This document shows positions 16,623 through 24,504 of a stretch of 32,000 nt of DNA, one piece after another. Location of the stretch: contig NC_012803.1 of NCBI RefSeq assembly GCF_000023205.1, positions 2,310,001 through 2,342,000 of the forward strand. Reading direction: 5' to 3'. Source of the DNA: Micrococcus luteus NCTC 2665. GTDB lineage: Bacteria; Actinomycetota; Actinomycetes; Actinomycetales; Micrococcaceae. The notes under the pieces were generated by a model, which was given only the letters and a program-made list of their open reading frames with translations, did not search any database and was not told the DNA's origin. Within the stretch, counting starts at the first letter, position 1. The number at the start of each line of letters is the position of its first letter. The position numbers were made by a program, and so were the translations under genes.

Positions 16623-16742
16623 GCCGTCGAACGTATCACCCGACTCCGGGCCCTGTGCGGCCGGTCACGCCCCGTCCAGGAGTCTGCGGGGAACCTCCCG
16701 GCCGCGCCCCAGGCGGGTCCGCGCACGGGGGACAATGGACCC

Positions 16743-17351
16743 ATGACCGCCTTCGACCGTCTCCCCCTGCCCGCGGAGCCCCAGACCCCGCACGACCGCC
16801 TGCGCCACCGCACCGAGGCCGCCGTCGCCGAGCGCGGGGAGGCCGCCGTCGCCGGGCTGGCGGTGCGCCTGATGACCGGCGCGGCCACCCCGGATGACGT
16901 CACCTCGGGCGCCGCCCGCGCCCTCACCGGCGACGACGGCGACCTCAGCCCCGCCGCGACCGGCGCCCTGGCCCTGATGCACGCGTGGCACCGCAGCGCG
17001 CTGCCCGCCCTGACCGGGGCGCTCACCGCCCCCGAGGCGGACGTCCGCTCGGCGGCCCACCTCGTGCTCGCCTCCCGGGCCGGTTCGCTGCGCCGCGACG
17101 CCGCCGTCGACCGCGCCCTCGTGGACGCGGTGCGGGCCGGCTGTGCCGACCCGGACCCGGAGGTCCGCGCGTCGGCCGCGTCCGCGCTGGGCGCCCTCGC
17201 CCGCCCCGAGGACCTCGAGTCCGCCCTGCCCGTGCTCACCGGCATGGTGATGGACGTGGACGCGGACCTGGCCGCGGCCGCCGAGCTGGCCCTCGAGCAG
17301 CTCGCGATCCGCCTGGACCGGCCCGGCCTGCGGGTCAGCCTCGAGGGCTGA
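16743..17351 (+). CDS. HEAT-repeat-like protein (202 aa)
   Basis: This is the in-frame terminal part of the artefactual ORF 14409..17351, from ATG 16743 (MTAFDRLPLPAEPQTPHD...). It is an Ala/Leu-rich helical repeat with HEAT/PBS-lyase-like DPDPEVRASAASALGAL. It does not overlap the convergent/divergent neighbours. Confidence 0.6.
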   Translation: MTAFDRLPLPAEPQTPHDRLRHRTEAAVAERGEAAVAGLAVRLMTGAATPDDVTSGAARALTGDDGDLSPAATGALALMHAWHRSALPALTGALTAPEADVRSAAHLVLASRAGSLRRDAAVDRALVDAVRAGCADPDPEVRASAASALGALARPEDLESALPVLTGMVMDVDADLAAAAELALEQLAIRLDRPGLRVSLEG

Positions 17352-17361
17352 GGCGACGCCC

Positions 17362-18573
17362 GTGCAGTGCCCCCACTTCGACGTCGGCGAGTGCCGTTCC
17401 TGCCCGCTGATGGGCGTGCCGTACGCCCGGCAGCTCGCGGACAAGCAGGCCGCGGTCCAGGCCGCGCTGGCGGACGCGGTCGATGCGGACACGGTCGTGG
17501 CCGAGCCGTTCGCCTCCGCGGAGGCGGGGTTCCGGAACAAGGCGAAGCTCGTGGTGACGGGGTCGGCGGCGGCGCCGCGGCTGGGCATCCTGGACCCGCG
17601 GCAGCACCCCCGCCATCACGACGGCGCCGGCGTGGACCTGCGCGACTGCGGCCTGTACGAGGCCGGCATGGAGGGCGTGTTCGAGGCGTGCGCGGCGGCG
17701 GTGACGGCGGCCGGGCTGGAGCCCTACGACGTCGCCGCCCGCACGGGCGAGCTGAAGAACGTGATCGTGACGCTCTCCCCCGACCGGGAGGCGATGGTCC
17801 GGTTCGTGCTGCGCTCAGCCGACCGGCTGGACGCGCTGCGCGCGGCGGTGCCGGGGCTGCTGGACGACCTCGCGGCGCGCGGGACACCCGCGGCCGTGGT
17901 GAGCGCGAACCTGCTGCCGGAGCACGTGGCCCTGCCCGAGGGCGACAAGGAGATCGTGCTCGCCGGCGGGCCGACGCTGACCATGCGGCTCAACGGGGTG
18001 GGCCTGCGGCTGCGCCCGCAGGGGTTCTTCCAGACGAACACCGCGGTGACCGAGGGGCTGTACGCGACGGCGGCGGCGTGGGTCGCCGAGGCCGGCCTGC
18101 CGGCGACGGCGTGGGACCTGTACTGCGGGGTGGGCGGGTTCGCGTTCCACCTGGCCCGGGCCGGCGTGCGGGACGTGTGGGGCATGGAGTCCTCCGCCGA
18201 GGCGGTGGCCGCGGCCCGGGAGACGGCCGCGGAGCTCGGCCTGGCCGACCGGGCGCGCTTCTCCGCCGGCGACGCCACCTCCGCGCTTTCGTTCGGGAAA
18301 CGGCGGGCTCCGGAGGCGCTTTCGTTCGAGAAACGGCGGGCCCGCCCGGACGCCGTCGTCGTGAATCCGCCGCGGCGGGGCATCGGCGCCGAACTGGCCG
18401 ACGCGCTGGAGGACTCGGGCGTGCCCACCGTCCTGTACTCCAGCTGCAACCCGGCGACGCTCGCGCAGGACCTGGCCCGGATGCCGAGCTATCGGGTGGC
18501 GCGGGTGCAGGTGTTCGACATGTTCCCGCAGACCCGGCACGCGGAGGTGCTCACGCTGCTGACCCGGCGGTGA
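17362..18573 (+). CDS. rlmC: 23S rRNA (uracil-C5)-methyltransferase, RlmC (RumB)-like, with [4Fe-4S] Cys motif
   Basis: The N-terminus MQCPHFDVGECRSCPLMGVPYARQLADKQ mirrors the E. coli RlmC N-terminus as I recall it (MQCALYDAGRCRSCQW...). SAM motif I DLYCGVGGFAFHLA, motif IV VVVNPPRRGIG, catalytic-Cys region LYSSCNPATLAQD. GTG start. An in-frame repeat insertion lies between motifs (18283-18338). Confidence 0.8.
   Translation: MQCPHFDVGECRSCPLMGVPYARQLADKQAAVQAALADAVDADTVVAEPFASAEAGFRNKAKLVVTGSAAAPRLGILDPRQHPRHHDGAGVDLRDCGLYEAGMEGVFEACAAAVTAAGLEPYDVAARTGELKNVIVTLSPDREAMVRFVLRSADRLDALRAAVPGLLDDLAARGTPAAVVSANLLPEHVALPEGDKEIVLAGGPTLTMRLNGVGLRLRPQGFFQTNTAVTEGLYATAAAWVAEAGLPATAWDLYCGVGGFAFHLARAGVRDVWGMESSAEAVAAARETAAELGLADRARFSAGDATSALSFGKRRAPEALSFEKRRARPDAVVVNPPRRGIGAELADALEDSGVPTVLYSSCNPATLAQDLARMPSYRVARVQVFDMFPQTRHAEVLTLLTRR
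18283..18338. repeat. Family-A repeat doublet, copy A3, inverted orientation, inside the rlmC-like CDS
   Basis: GCGCTTTCGTTCGGGAAACGGCGGGCTCCGGAG then GCGCTTTCGTTCGAGAAACGGCG. Units start at 18283 and 18316, a 33-nt period. It is translated as ALSFGKRRAPE/ALSFEKRRARP. Confidence 0.85.
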
Positions 18574-18589
18574 CGGAAGCCGGGGCGCG

Positions 18590-19180
18590 TCACCGCGGGT
18601 TCCCCGCCCGACGGTTCCGCTTCTTCAACTCGACGAAGACCTGCAGCAGCGTCAGAGCCGACGGCGCGAGCGCGGGTTGCGTGAGCACGAGCGGTTGCGC
18701 ACGGGTCAACCCGCCACCCTGCAACGGCCGTCTCGAGTCCCACCGGTTGGCCTTGCGCAGACCACCCTCGTTCCACAGCCGCTCGTCCACCTTGAGCGCC
18801 ACCTTCATCGTGTGCTCCGACTCTGGCGCCACAGCACGGACTTCCTTCACGTCCGCCCAGTCCACGGACCAGTCCCGCGTCCACACCCGTCGCTCATCGA
18901 ACGTGACATGCCGAGGCCGGAACAGACCCATCGTCGCGGAGGGAAGCACCGCCAACGCCAGCGCCAACCCGATGAACGACGCCACACGCCACACCCCGAA
19001 CCCGGCCGAGACATCCTCCGGCGGCCGGAAGATCACCCACACGAACACCGCGATGCACACCACGACGATCAGCCACAGGAACAGCCACCGCGCCGGACGC
19101 ACCCGCGCCTGCACCGGCAGACTCGCCAGGATCTCCTCCCGCGTCGCCTTCTTCCGCAACCGCGTCGGCTTCGCATCCAT
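18590..19180 (-). CDS. Two-TM membrane protein with a cytoplasmic C-terminal domain (possibly bacterial PH-like); function unknown
   Basis: ORF 18590..19321. The likely start is MDAKPTRLRKKATREEIL at 19180, with GAGGAG 7 nt upstream. TMs WLFLWLIVVVCIAVFVWVIF and VASFIGLALALAVLPSATMGLF, followed by RPRHVTFDERRVWTRDWSVDWADVKEVRAV. GC is about 63-65% by hand count of two lines, below the window norm. Confidence 0.6.
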   Translation of the reverse strand: MDAKPTRLRKKATREEILASLPVQARVRPARWLFLWLIVVVCIAVFVWVIFRPPEDVSAGFGVWRVASFIGLALALAVLPSATMGLFRPRHVTFDERRVWTRDWSVDWADVKEVRAVAPESEHTMKVALKVDERLWNEGGLRKANRWDSRRPLQGGGLTRAQPLVLTQPALAPSALTLLQVFVELKKRNRRAGNPR

Positions 19181-19325
19181 CACTTGCTCCTCATCCAGTT
19201 CATGAGCCCTCCGCCCCCCGGCCATCTCCGCCGAGTGTGTCCTGCTCGTTCCCGGGCCACGCTTCCGGCGCGCGGGGGCACACGTCCGCCCCGTCGGCAC
19301 GACCCTATTCCCGGAACCCACCGCG

Positions 19326-19372
19326 CCGCAGCGACATCACCGCAGCTGAGAACCGCTGTGATGTCGCTGCGG
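19326..19372. repeat. Perfect 15-bp-stem hairpin in a divergent intergenic region
   Basis: CCGCAGCGACATCAC (19326-19340) pairs with GTGATGTCGCTGCGG (19358-19372). The interior is cgcAGCtgagaaccGCT. The interior motif GAGAACCGCTG resembles CAGAACCGCAG in family B. Confidence 0.8.
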
Positions 19373-19466
19373 TGCGGTCGACCGGAACGACTGCGCGCTC
19401 GCTGCGGTGAACATCGCCGCGGCACTCCCCGTGCGGCCCCACTTCCCCGCCCGTAGGCTGGTTCCC

Positions 19467-22400
19467 ATGTCGCAGACGCTCACCCCCGCCGCTCCGCAGG
19501 ACCTGAACGCCCGCCGCCACCGGCTCCGCCGCTACCGCGCCGTCATCTTCGACATGGACGGGGTCATCACGGACACCGCCGGCGTGCACGCCGCCGCGTG
19601 GAAGGAGCTCTTCGACGCGGCCCTGCCCGACGTCGGCGCGCTGCCCGCCAACGCCGCCGTCGTCGCCGCGGACCCGGACGTGCTGCGTCCCTTCGACGCC
19701 GCCGCCGACTACCTGCATCACGTGGACGGGCGCCCCCGCGAGGACGGGGTCCGCACGTTCTTCGCCTCCCGCGGCCTGCACGTCCCGGAGGCCGACTCCC
19801 CCGAGGCGGACGCGATGCCGGAGCTGACGGTCCTCGCCCTCGCCGAGCGCAAGCAGGGCTACTTCGAGCAGGTGCTCGAGCGCGACGGCGTCCGCGTGTT
19901 CCCGGAGGCCCAGGACCTCCTCGAGCGGCTGCGGGCCAAGGGCGTGCCGGTCGCGCTGGTCACCAGCTCCAAGAACTCCCGCGCCGTGCTCACGGCCGGC
20001 GGCGTGCTGGACTTCTTCCCCGTGATCGTGGACGGGAACACCGCCGTCGAGCGCGAGCTGCCGGGCAAGCCGGACCCGGCCATGTTCTGGGAGGCCGCCC
20101 GCGAGCTGGGCGTCGACGTCGCGGACGCGATGGTCCTCGAGGACGCCGTCTCCGGTGTGAAGGCCGCCTCGGACGGCCGCTTCGGCCTCGTGATCGGCGT
20201 GGACCGCGAGCCCGAGCTCGGCAAGGGCCGACTCAAGGCGGCCGGCGCCCACCTGGTGGTCCAGGACTACGGGACCCTGCATCTGGAGGACCGCACCACC
20301 ACCCCGTTCGACCCCGCGTGGGTGCTGCGCTGGGACCGCTTCGACCCGGCCTCCGAGGGCACGCGCGAGGTGCTGTGCACCCTGGCCAACGGGTACTGGG
20401 GCACCCGCGGCGCCGTGCCCGGCACGCGTATCTCCTCCGTCCACTACCCCGGCACCTACATGGCCGGGGTGTTCAACCGGCTGACCTCGATGGTCCAGGG
20501 CCGGGTCGTGGAGACCGAGCACATGGTCAACATCCAGGACTGGACCCCGCTCGTGGTGACGCCGCGCCACGGCCGCCCGCTGCTGCCGGGCGAGGAGAAC
20601 CTCGTGGAGTACGGCCAGGAGATGGACCTGCGCCGCGGCGTGCTCTCCCGCACCATGACCTTTGAGGACGAGCAGGGCCGGCGCACCACGCTCCACACCC
20701 GGCAGTTCACCTCGCTGGCCAACCGGCACCTCGCCGCGATCGAGCTGACCGTGGTGGCGGAGAACTGGTCCGGGGACCTCACAGTGCGCTCGAAGATCGA
20801 GGGCCGCGTGGCCAACCTCAACGTCTCCGACGACCGCACCCTCGCCAATCAGCACCTCGAGCCGGTCCAGGCCCGGGAGATCGACGGCGAGACCGTCCTG
20901 CTCGAGACCGCCACCAACCAGTCCGGCATCCACGTGGCCCTGGCCACCCGCACCCGCCAGGTGGCGCCGGTGGGGCACCACGAGCCCATCCGCCGCCCCG
21001 TGGACGGCTCGGACCTGGTGGTCGGCCAGGACATCCTCCTCCACGTGGACGAGGGCGTGCCGCTCGTGCTGGAGAAGATCGCCGCCGTCGCCACGAGCCA
21101 CGACCACGCCAACGCCTCCGTGTGGGAGTCGGCGGTGAAGGACGTCCAGCGCGCCCAGAACTTCCGCAACCTGCTGACCCTGCACGAGCAGCGCTGGGGC
21201 ACCAACTGGGACCGGTTCTCCGTGCGCATCGACCTGGCCGAGCCGTACCGGCACCACCGCCGCTCCACGGCAGCGGAGGCCGGCGGCGAGTACGCGCCGC
21301 CCGTCGTCGACGCCGGCCACTCGGCCCCGGTGGGGTCCGCGGTCCCGATGGGCAAGGACGGCGCGTCGCTGCGCCAGCAGCTCGCGCTGAACCTGCACAC
21401 GTTCCACGTGCTGCAGACGGCCTACGGCCGCCGCCGGGACCTGGACGCCTCCGTGGGGGCGCGCGGCCTGCACGGCGAGGGCTACCGCGGCCACATCTTC
21501 TGGGACGAGATCTACGTCTACCCCATGCTCACGCTGCGCCGCCCCGAGATCACCCGCGGCCTGCTGATGTACCGCTACCGGCGTCTCAACGAGGCCCGCG
21601 CCAACGCCCAGGCCGCGGGCTGGGCCGGCGCCATGTACCCGTGGCAGTCCGGGGCAGACGGCTCCGAGGAGACGCCCACCGAGCTGTGGAACCCGCGCTC
21701 GCGCATGTGGATGCCGGACAACTCGCACAACCAGCGCCACGTCTCCCTGGACATCGCCTACTCGGTGCTGCGGTACATCGAGATCACGAAGGACACCTCC
21801 TTCATCTCGGACTACGGCGCGGAGATGCTCGTGGAGATCTCCCGTTTCTTCATGTCCATGACCCTGCACAACGCCGTCACGGACCGCTACGAGATCCACG
21901 GCGTCATGGGCCCGGACGAGTTCCACGACGGCTACCCGGAGACCCCCGGCTCGGGCCTGCGCAACAACGCGTACACCAACGTGCTGACCTCCTGGGTGCT
22001 CTCCGAGACCGCCCGGCTGGTGCGCTGGCTGGACACCCTCGACGACGGCCTGCCCGAGATCATGGAGATCACCGAGGAGGAGATCGAGCGCTGGGAGGAC
22101 GTCAGCGCCCGCCTCACCGTGCCGTTCTTCGAGGACGGCGAGGAGGCCGGCATCCTCGCGCAGTTCGAGGGCTACCAGGACCTCAAGGAGTTCGACTGGG
22201 AGGCCTACCGGGCCAAGTACGGCAACATCGGCCGCATGGACCTGATCCTGCAGGCCGAGGGCGACGCCACCAACCGGTACAAGCTCTCCAAGCAGGCGGA
22301 CACCCTCATGCTCGGCTACCTGTTCTCCGCCGAGGAGCTGGACGGGATCCTGCGCCGCATGGGCTACGAGCTGCCGCAGGAGGCGTTCGAGCGCATGGTG

Positions 22401-22844
22401 ACGTACTACGAGGCCCGCTCCACGCACGGCTCCACGCTCTCCCGGCTGGTGCACGCCTGGGTGGCGGCCCGCACCGATCCGGACCGCTCGTGGGACCTGT
22501 TCACGGAGGCGCTCGAGTCGGACCTCTCCGACACCCAGGGCGGCACCACCCGCGAGGGCATCCACCTGGGCCTGATGGCCGGCACCGTGGACACCGTGAT
22601 CCGCTGCTACGCGGGCCTGGAGACGCGCGAGGACGTGGTGCGCGTGGACCCGCGCATGCCCTCCCAGCTGCCCGGCGCCAGCTTCACCATCCGGTTCCGC
22701 CAGCAGCCGGTGCAGATCCACATGCGCCGCTCGGAGGTCACGGTCCGCGCCGGCAGCGGCATGTGGCACGACGTGCCGATGATCATCGCCGGCCAGGAGC
22801 ACACCCTGTCCCCGGGCGCCGAGATCACGGTCCCGCTGGGCTGA
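19467..22844 (+). CDS. Beta-phosphoglucomutase-type HAD hydrolase fused to a GH65 glycoside phosphorylase (trehalose/maltose/kojibiose phosphorylase family)
   Basis: ORF 19407..22844. The likely start is MSQTL at 19467. HAD motif I VIFDMDGVITDT, with later SSKNS and EDAVSGVKAA. GH65 catalytic region GLHGEGYRGHIFWDEIYVYPMLTL and a C-terminal GGTTREGIHLGLMAG motif. Confidence 0.9.
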   Translation: MSQTLTPAAPQDLNARRHRLRRYRAVIFDMDGVITDTAGVHAAAWKELFDAALPDVGALPANAAVVAADPDVLRPFDAAADYLHHVDGRPREDGVRTFFASRGLHVPEADSPEADAMPELTVLALAERKQGYFEQVLERDGVRVFPEAQDLLERLRAKGVPVALVTSSKNSRAVLTAGGVLDFFPVIVDGNTAVERELPGKPDPAMFWEAARELGVDVADAMVLEDAVSGVKAASDGRFGLVIGVDREPELGKGRLKAAGAHLVVQDYGTLHLEDRTTTPFDPAWVLRWDRFDPASEGTREVLCTLANGYWGTRGAVPGTRISSVHYPGTYMAGVFNRLTSMVQGRVVETEHMVNIQDWTPLVVTPRHGRPLLPGEENLVEYGQEMDLRRGVLSRTMTFEDEQGRRTTLHTRQFTSLANRHLAAIELTVVAENWSGDLTVRSKIEGRVANLNVSDDRTLANQHLEPVQAREIDGETVLLETATNQSGIHVALATRTRQVAPVGHHEPIRRPVDGSDLVVGQDILLHVDEGVPLVLEKIAAVATSHDHANASVWESAVKDVQRAQNFRNLLTLHEQRWGTNWDRFSVRIDLAEPYRHHRRSTAAEAGGEYAPPVVDAGHSAPVGSAVPMGKDGASLRQQLALNLHTFHVLQTAYGRRRDLDASVGARGLHGEGYRGHIFWDEIYVYPMLTLRRPEITRGLLMYRYRRLNEARANAQAAGWAGAMYPWQSGADGSEETPTELWNPRSRMWMPDNSHNQRHVSLDIAYSVLRYIEITKDTSFISDYGAEMLVEISRFFMSMTLHNAVTDRYEIHGVMGPDEFHDGYPETPGSGLRNNAYTNVLTSWVLSETARLVRWLDTLDDGLPEIMEITEEEIERWEDVSARLTVPFFEDGEEAGILAQFEGYQDLKEFDWEAYRAKYGNIGRMDLILQAEGDATNRYKLSKQADTLMLGYLFSAEELDGILRRMGYELPQEAFERMVTYYEARSTHGSTLSRLVHAWVAARTDPDRSWDLFTEALESDLSDTQGGTTREGIHLGLMAGTVDTVIRCYAGLETREDVVRVDPRMPSQLPGASFTIRFRQQPVQIHMRRSEVTVRAGSGMWHDVPMIIAGQEHTLSPGAEITVPLG

Positions 22845-22898
22845 GCCGGGGAGCCTGAGCCGGGGGCCTGATCCGGAGCCGGGTCCCAGCCGGAAACA

Positions 22899-22968
22899 CT
22901 TTCGCTCGAGAAATCGTCGCTACCATCCCGAAATCCTGGGATGGTAGCGACGATTTCCCGAGCGAAAG
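22899..22968. repeat. 70-bp near-perfect palindrome built from two head-to-head family-A-like units (copy A4)
   Basis: The left arm CTTTCGCTCGAGAAATCGTCGCTACCATCCC (22899-22929) pairs with the right arm GGGATGGTAGCGACGATTTCCCGAGCGAAAG (22938-22968). There is 1 mismatch in 31 bp and an 8-nt loop. It lies 55 nt after the GH65 stop, so it is a plausible terminator, and it directly abuts the IS110 insertion. Confidence 0.85.
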
Positions 22969-22983
22969 CGCGTCTGGGGGGTG

Positions 22984-24480
22984 CCTCTATGGTTTTCTTC
23001 AAGCCGCGAGAGCGACTGATGATGGTGCTGGCGGGGCGGTCGGATCTTGATACAGGGTGCCATCGCGGAGCATCGCGTAGAGCACGTCCGTGCGGCGCCG
23101 GGCCAGCGCGATCAGCGCCTGGTTGTGGCGTTTGCCCTGGGCTCGTTTGCGGTCGTAGTACGCCCTGGAAGGCGGGTGTGACAGCGAAGCGAACGCTGAG
23201 AGGAACAGGGCCCGCTTCAGTCGCTTGTTCCCGCCCCGGGCTACGTGCTCTCCGCGGATCGAGGTCCCGGAGCGTCGGGTGACCGGGGCGATCCCGGCGT
23301 AGGAGGCCAGATGCCCGGCATCGACGAAGTCCTTGCCCACAACTTCAGTGAGGATGCGTGCGGCGGTCCTGATCCCTACTCCGGGCATCGAGATCAGGAC
23401 CGGGTGAAGAGGGTGGGCCTCCACTGCAGCCTCCACCTGGGAGGCCAGGCCGGCCCGCTGACGGGTCAGGCCGGCGAGCTGTTCTGCCAGGATCGGGACC
23501 ACGGTGGCCGCGGCCTGCGTGCCGGCCACGACCACGGACTGCTCGTCCAGGGCTTGGAAGATCTGTTCCGTGAGAGAAGCGGCCAGGCGTGGGGCGTGCT
23601 TGCGCAGCCTGGCCCGCACATGCCCCGGCCCAGCCGTTCTGAGCTGTGCCGGGGTGGGGTAGCGGCCGAGAAGGTCTGCCACGGCGGGGTGGGTGATCCT
23701 GGGCCCGAGCACGCGCTCGAGCGCGGGGTGGATCTGGGTGAGGAGTCCGCGCAGCCCGTTCGAGGTCGCGGTGATCTGCGCGGCGAGGTCGTCATCGAAC
23801 CCGGCGAGCATGGCCAGCTCGGCGATCTGTTCCTCATCGACTCGGATGGAGCGCAGCGTATGGGGCATCGTGCGGGCTGCTTCAGCGATGATCGCCGCGT
23901 CCTTGGCGTCGGTCTTGGCCGAGCCGGGGTGCAGGTCAGCGATCCGTCGCATCGCCAGCCCGGGCAGGTACGCCACCTCAACGCCGTCGCAGGCCTGGGC
24001 CACGGCCACGGGCAGGGCGCCGATCGTGGCCGGTTGATCGACGACGAGCAGCGCGGGCCCGTGGGCGCGGGCGAGCTCGTCGAGGATGCCGCGTAGGCGG
24101 GTCTCGTCGTTGGGCAGGGCCTTGTCGTAGACCTTTTTCCCGGCCGCGGTGAGGGCCACGGCGTGGTGCTCGGCCTTGCCGACGTCAAGGCCGATGAACA
24201 CGGCCGGGTGCTGCTGTGCTGTCATGATCGTTCCCTTCTGGTGCGCCGGTGGCGTGTGCTGGCCGGCCGGGAGGTGATCACGCTCGGCATCCACGTTACG
24301 AAGGCCCTTGTCAGCCGGGTCCTGCCTCTATCAGCGATCCGTGACCACCGGACCGGTCCTGGGTGACAACACCCCCCGGATCATGGATGACTGGGGGCAA
24401 ACGATCATGCCCAGGACCGGCCGGTCAGCACTCCCTGATCCTGCCGGATCCAGGAGCCACGAAGAAGGTAACGGGGTATG
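22984..24480 (-). mobile_element. IS110-family insertion sequence (~1.5 kb, no terminal inverted repeats)
   Basis: It contains the DEDD transposase gene plus a ~255-nt 5' non-coding leader (24226-24480) and a ~15-nt 3' tail. It is bracketed by the imperfect direct repeat AGCGCGTCTGGGGGGTG (22967-22983) / AGCGCGTCTGGGGGGGTG (24481-24498). GC is lower than the flanks. The boundaries are inferred from that repeat and are uncertain by several nt. Confidence 0.75.
22999..24225 (-). CDS. IS110-family transposase (DEDD/RuvC-like N-domain plus C-terminal Tnp domain)
   Basis: ORF 22999..24294. The likely start is MTAQQHPAVFIGLDVGKAEHH at 24225, with AAGGGA upstream. Motifs: GLDVGK, VVVDQP, TDAKDAAIIAEAAR, and C-terminal MPGVGIRTAARILTEVG..FASYAGIAPVTRRSGTS..GGNKRLKRALF. 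Confidence 0.92.
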   Translation of the reverse strand: MTAQQHPAVFIGLDVGKAEHHAVALTAAGKKVYDKALPNDETRLRGILDELARAHGPALLVVDQPATIGALPVAVAQACDGVEVAYLPGLAMRRIADLHPGSAKTDAKDAAIIAEAARTMPHTLRSIRVDEEQIAELAMLAGFDDDLAAQITATSNGLRGLLTQIHPALERVLGPRITHPAVADLLGRYPTPAQLRTAGPGHVRARLRKHAPRLAASLTEQIFQALDEQSVVVAGTQAAATVVPILAEQLAGLTRQRAGLASQVEAAVEAHPLHPVLISMPGVGIRTAARILTEVVGKDFVDAGHLASYAGIAPVTRRSGTSIRGEHVARGGNKRLKRALFLSAFASLSHPPSRAYYDRKRAQGKRHNQALIALARRRTDVLYAMLRDGTLYQDPTAPPAPSSVALAA

Positions 24481-24504
24481 AGCGCGTCTGGGGGGGTGGG
24501 GCTG

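Noticed and set aside
14409-16742. The 5' 2.3 kb of the 980-aa + strand ORF 14409..17351
   Set aside because: It is antisense to the PLD and thioesterase genes, which have clear catalytic motifs, and its composition is Arg/Gly/His/Asp-rich. Only the last 609 nt (16743-17351) lie in otherwise non-coding space and look like a real gene.
19305-22802. 1165-aa minus-strand ORF opposite the beta-PGM/GH65 gene; similar giant shadows at 6388..8436 (+), 8463..10274 (+), 10658..12289 (+), 12323..14287 (+), 16619..17887 (-), 24425..26545 (-), 25566..27248 (-) and 29140..31533 (-)
   Set aside because: All are Arg/Gly/Ala/Pro/His-rich with no motifs. All lie opposite ORFs with unambiguous family signatures. 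Long open antisense frames are expected at about 70% GC.
22607-23002. ORF 22607..23002 (-) and ORF 22941..23282 (+) spanning the GH65 3' end, the palindrome and the IS110 edge
   Set aside because: They run across a gene end, a 70-bp palindrome and an IS boundary. They have no RBS and overlap better-supported genes.
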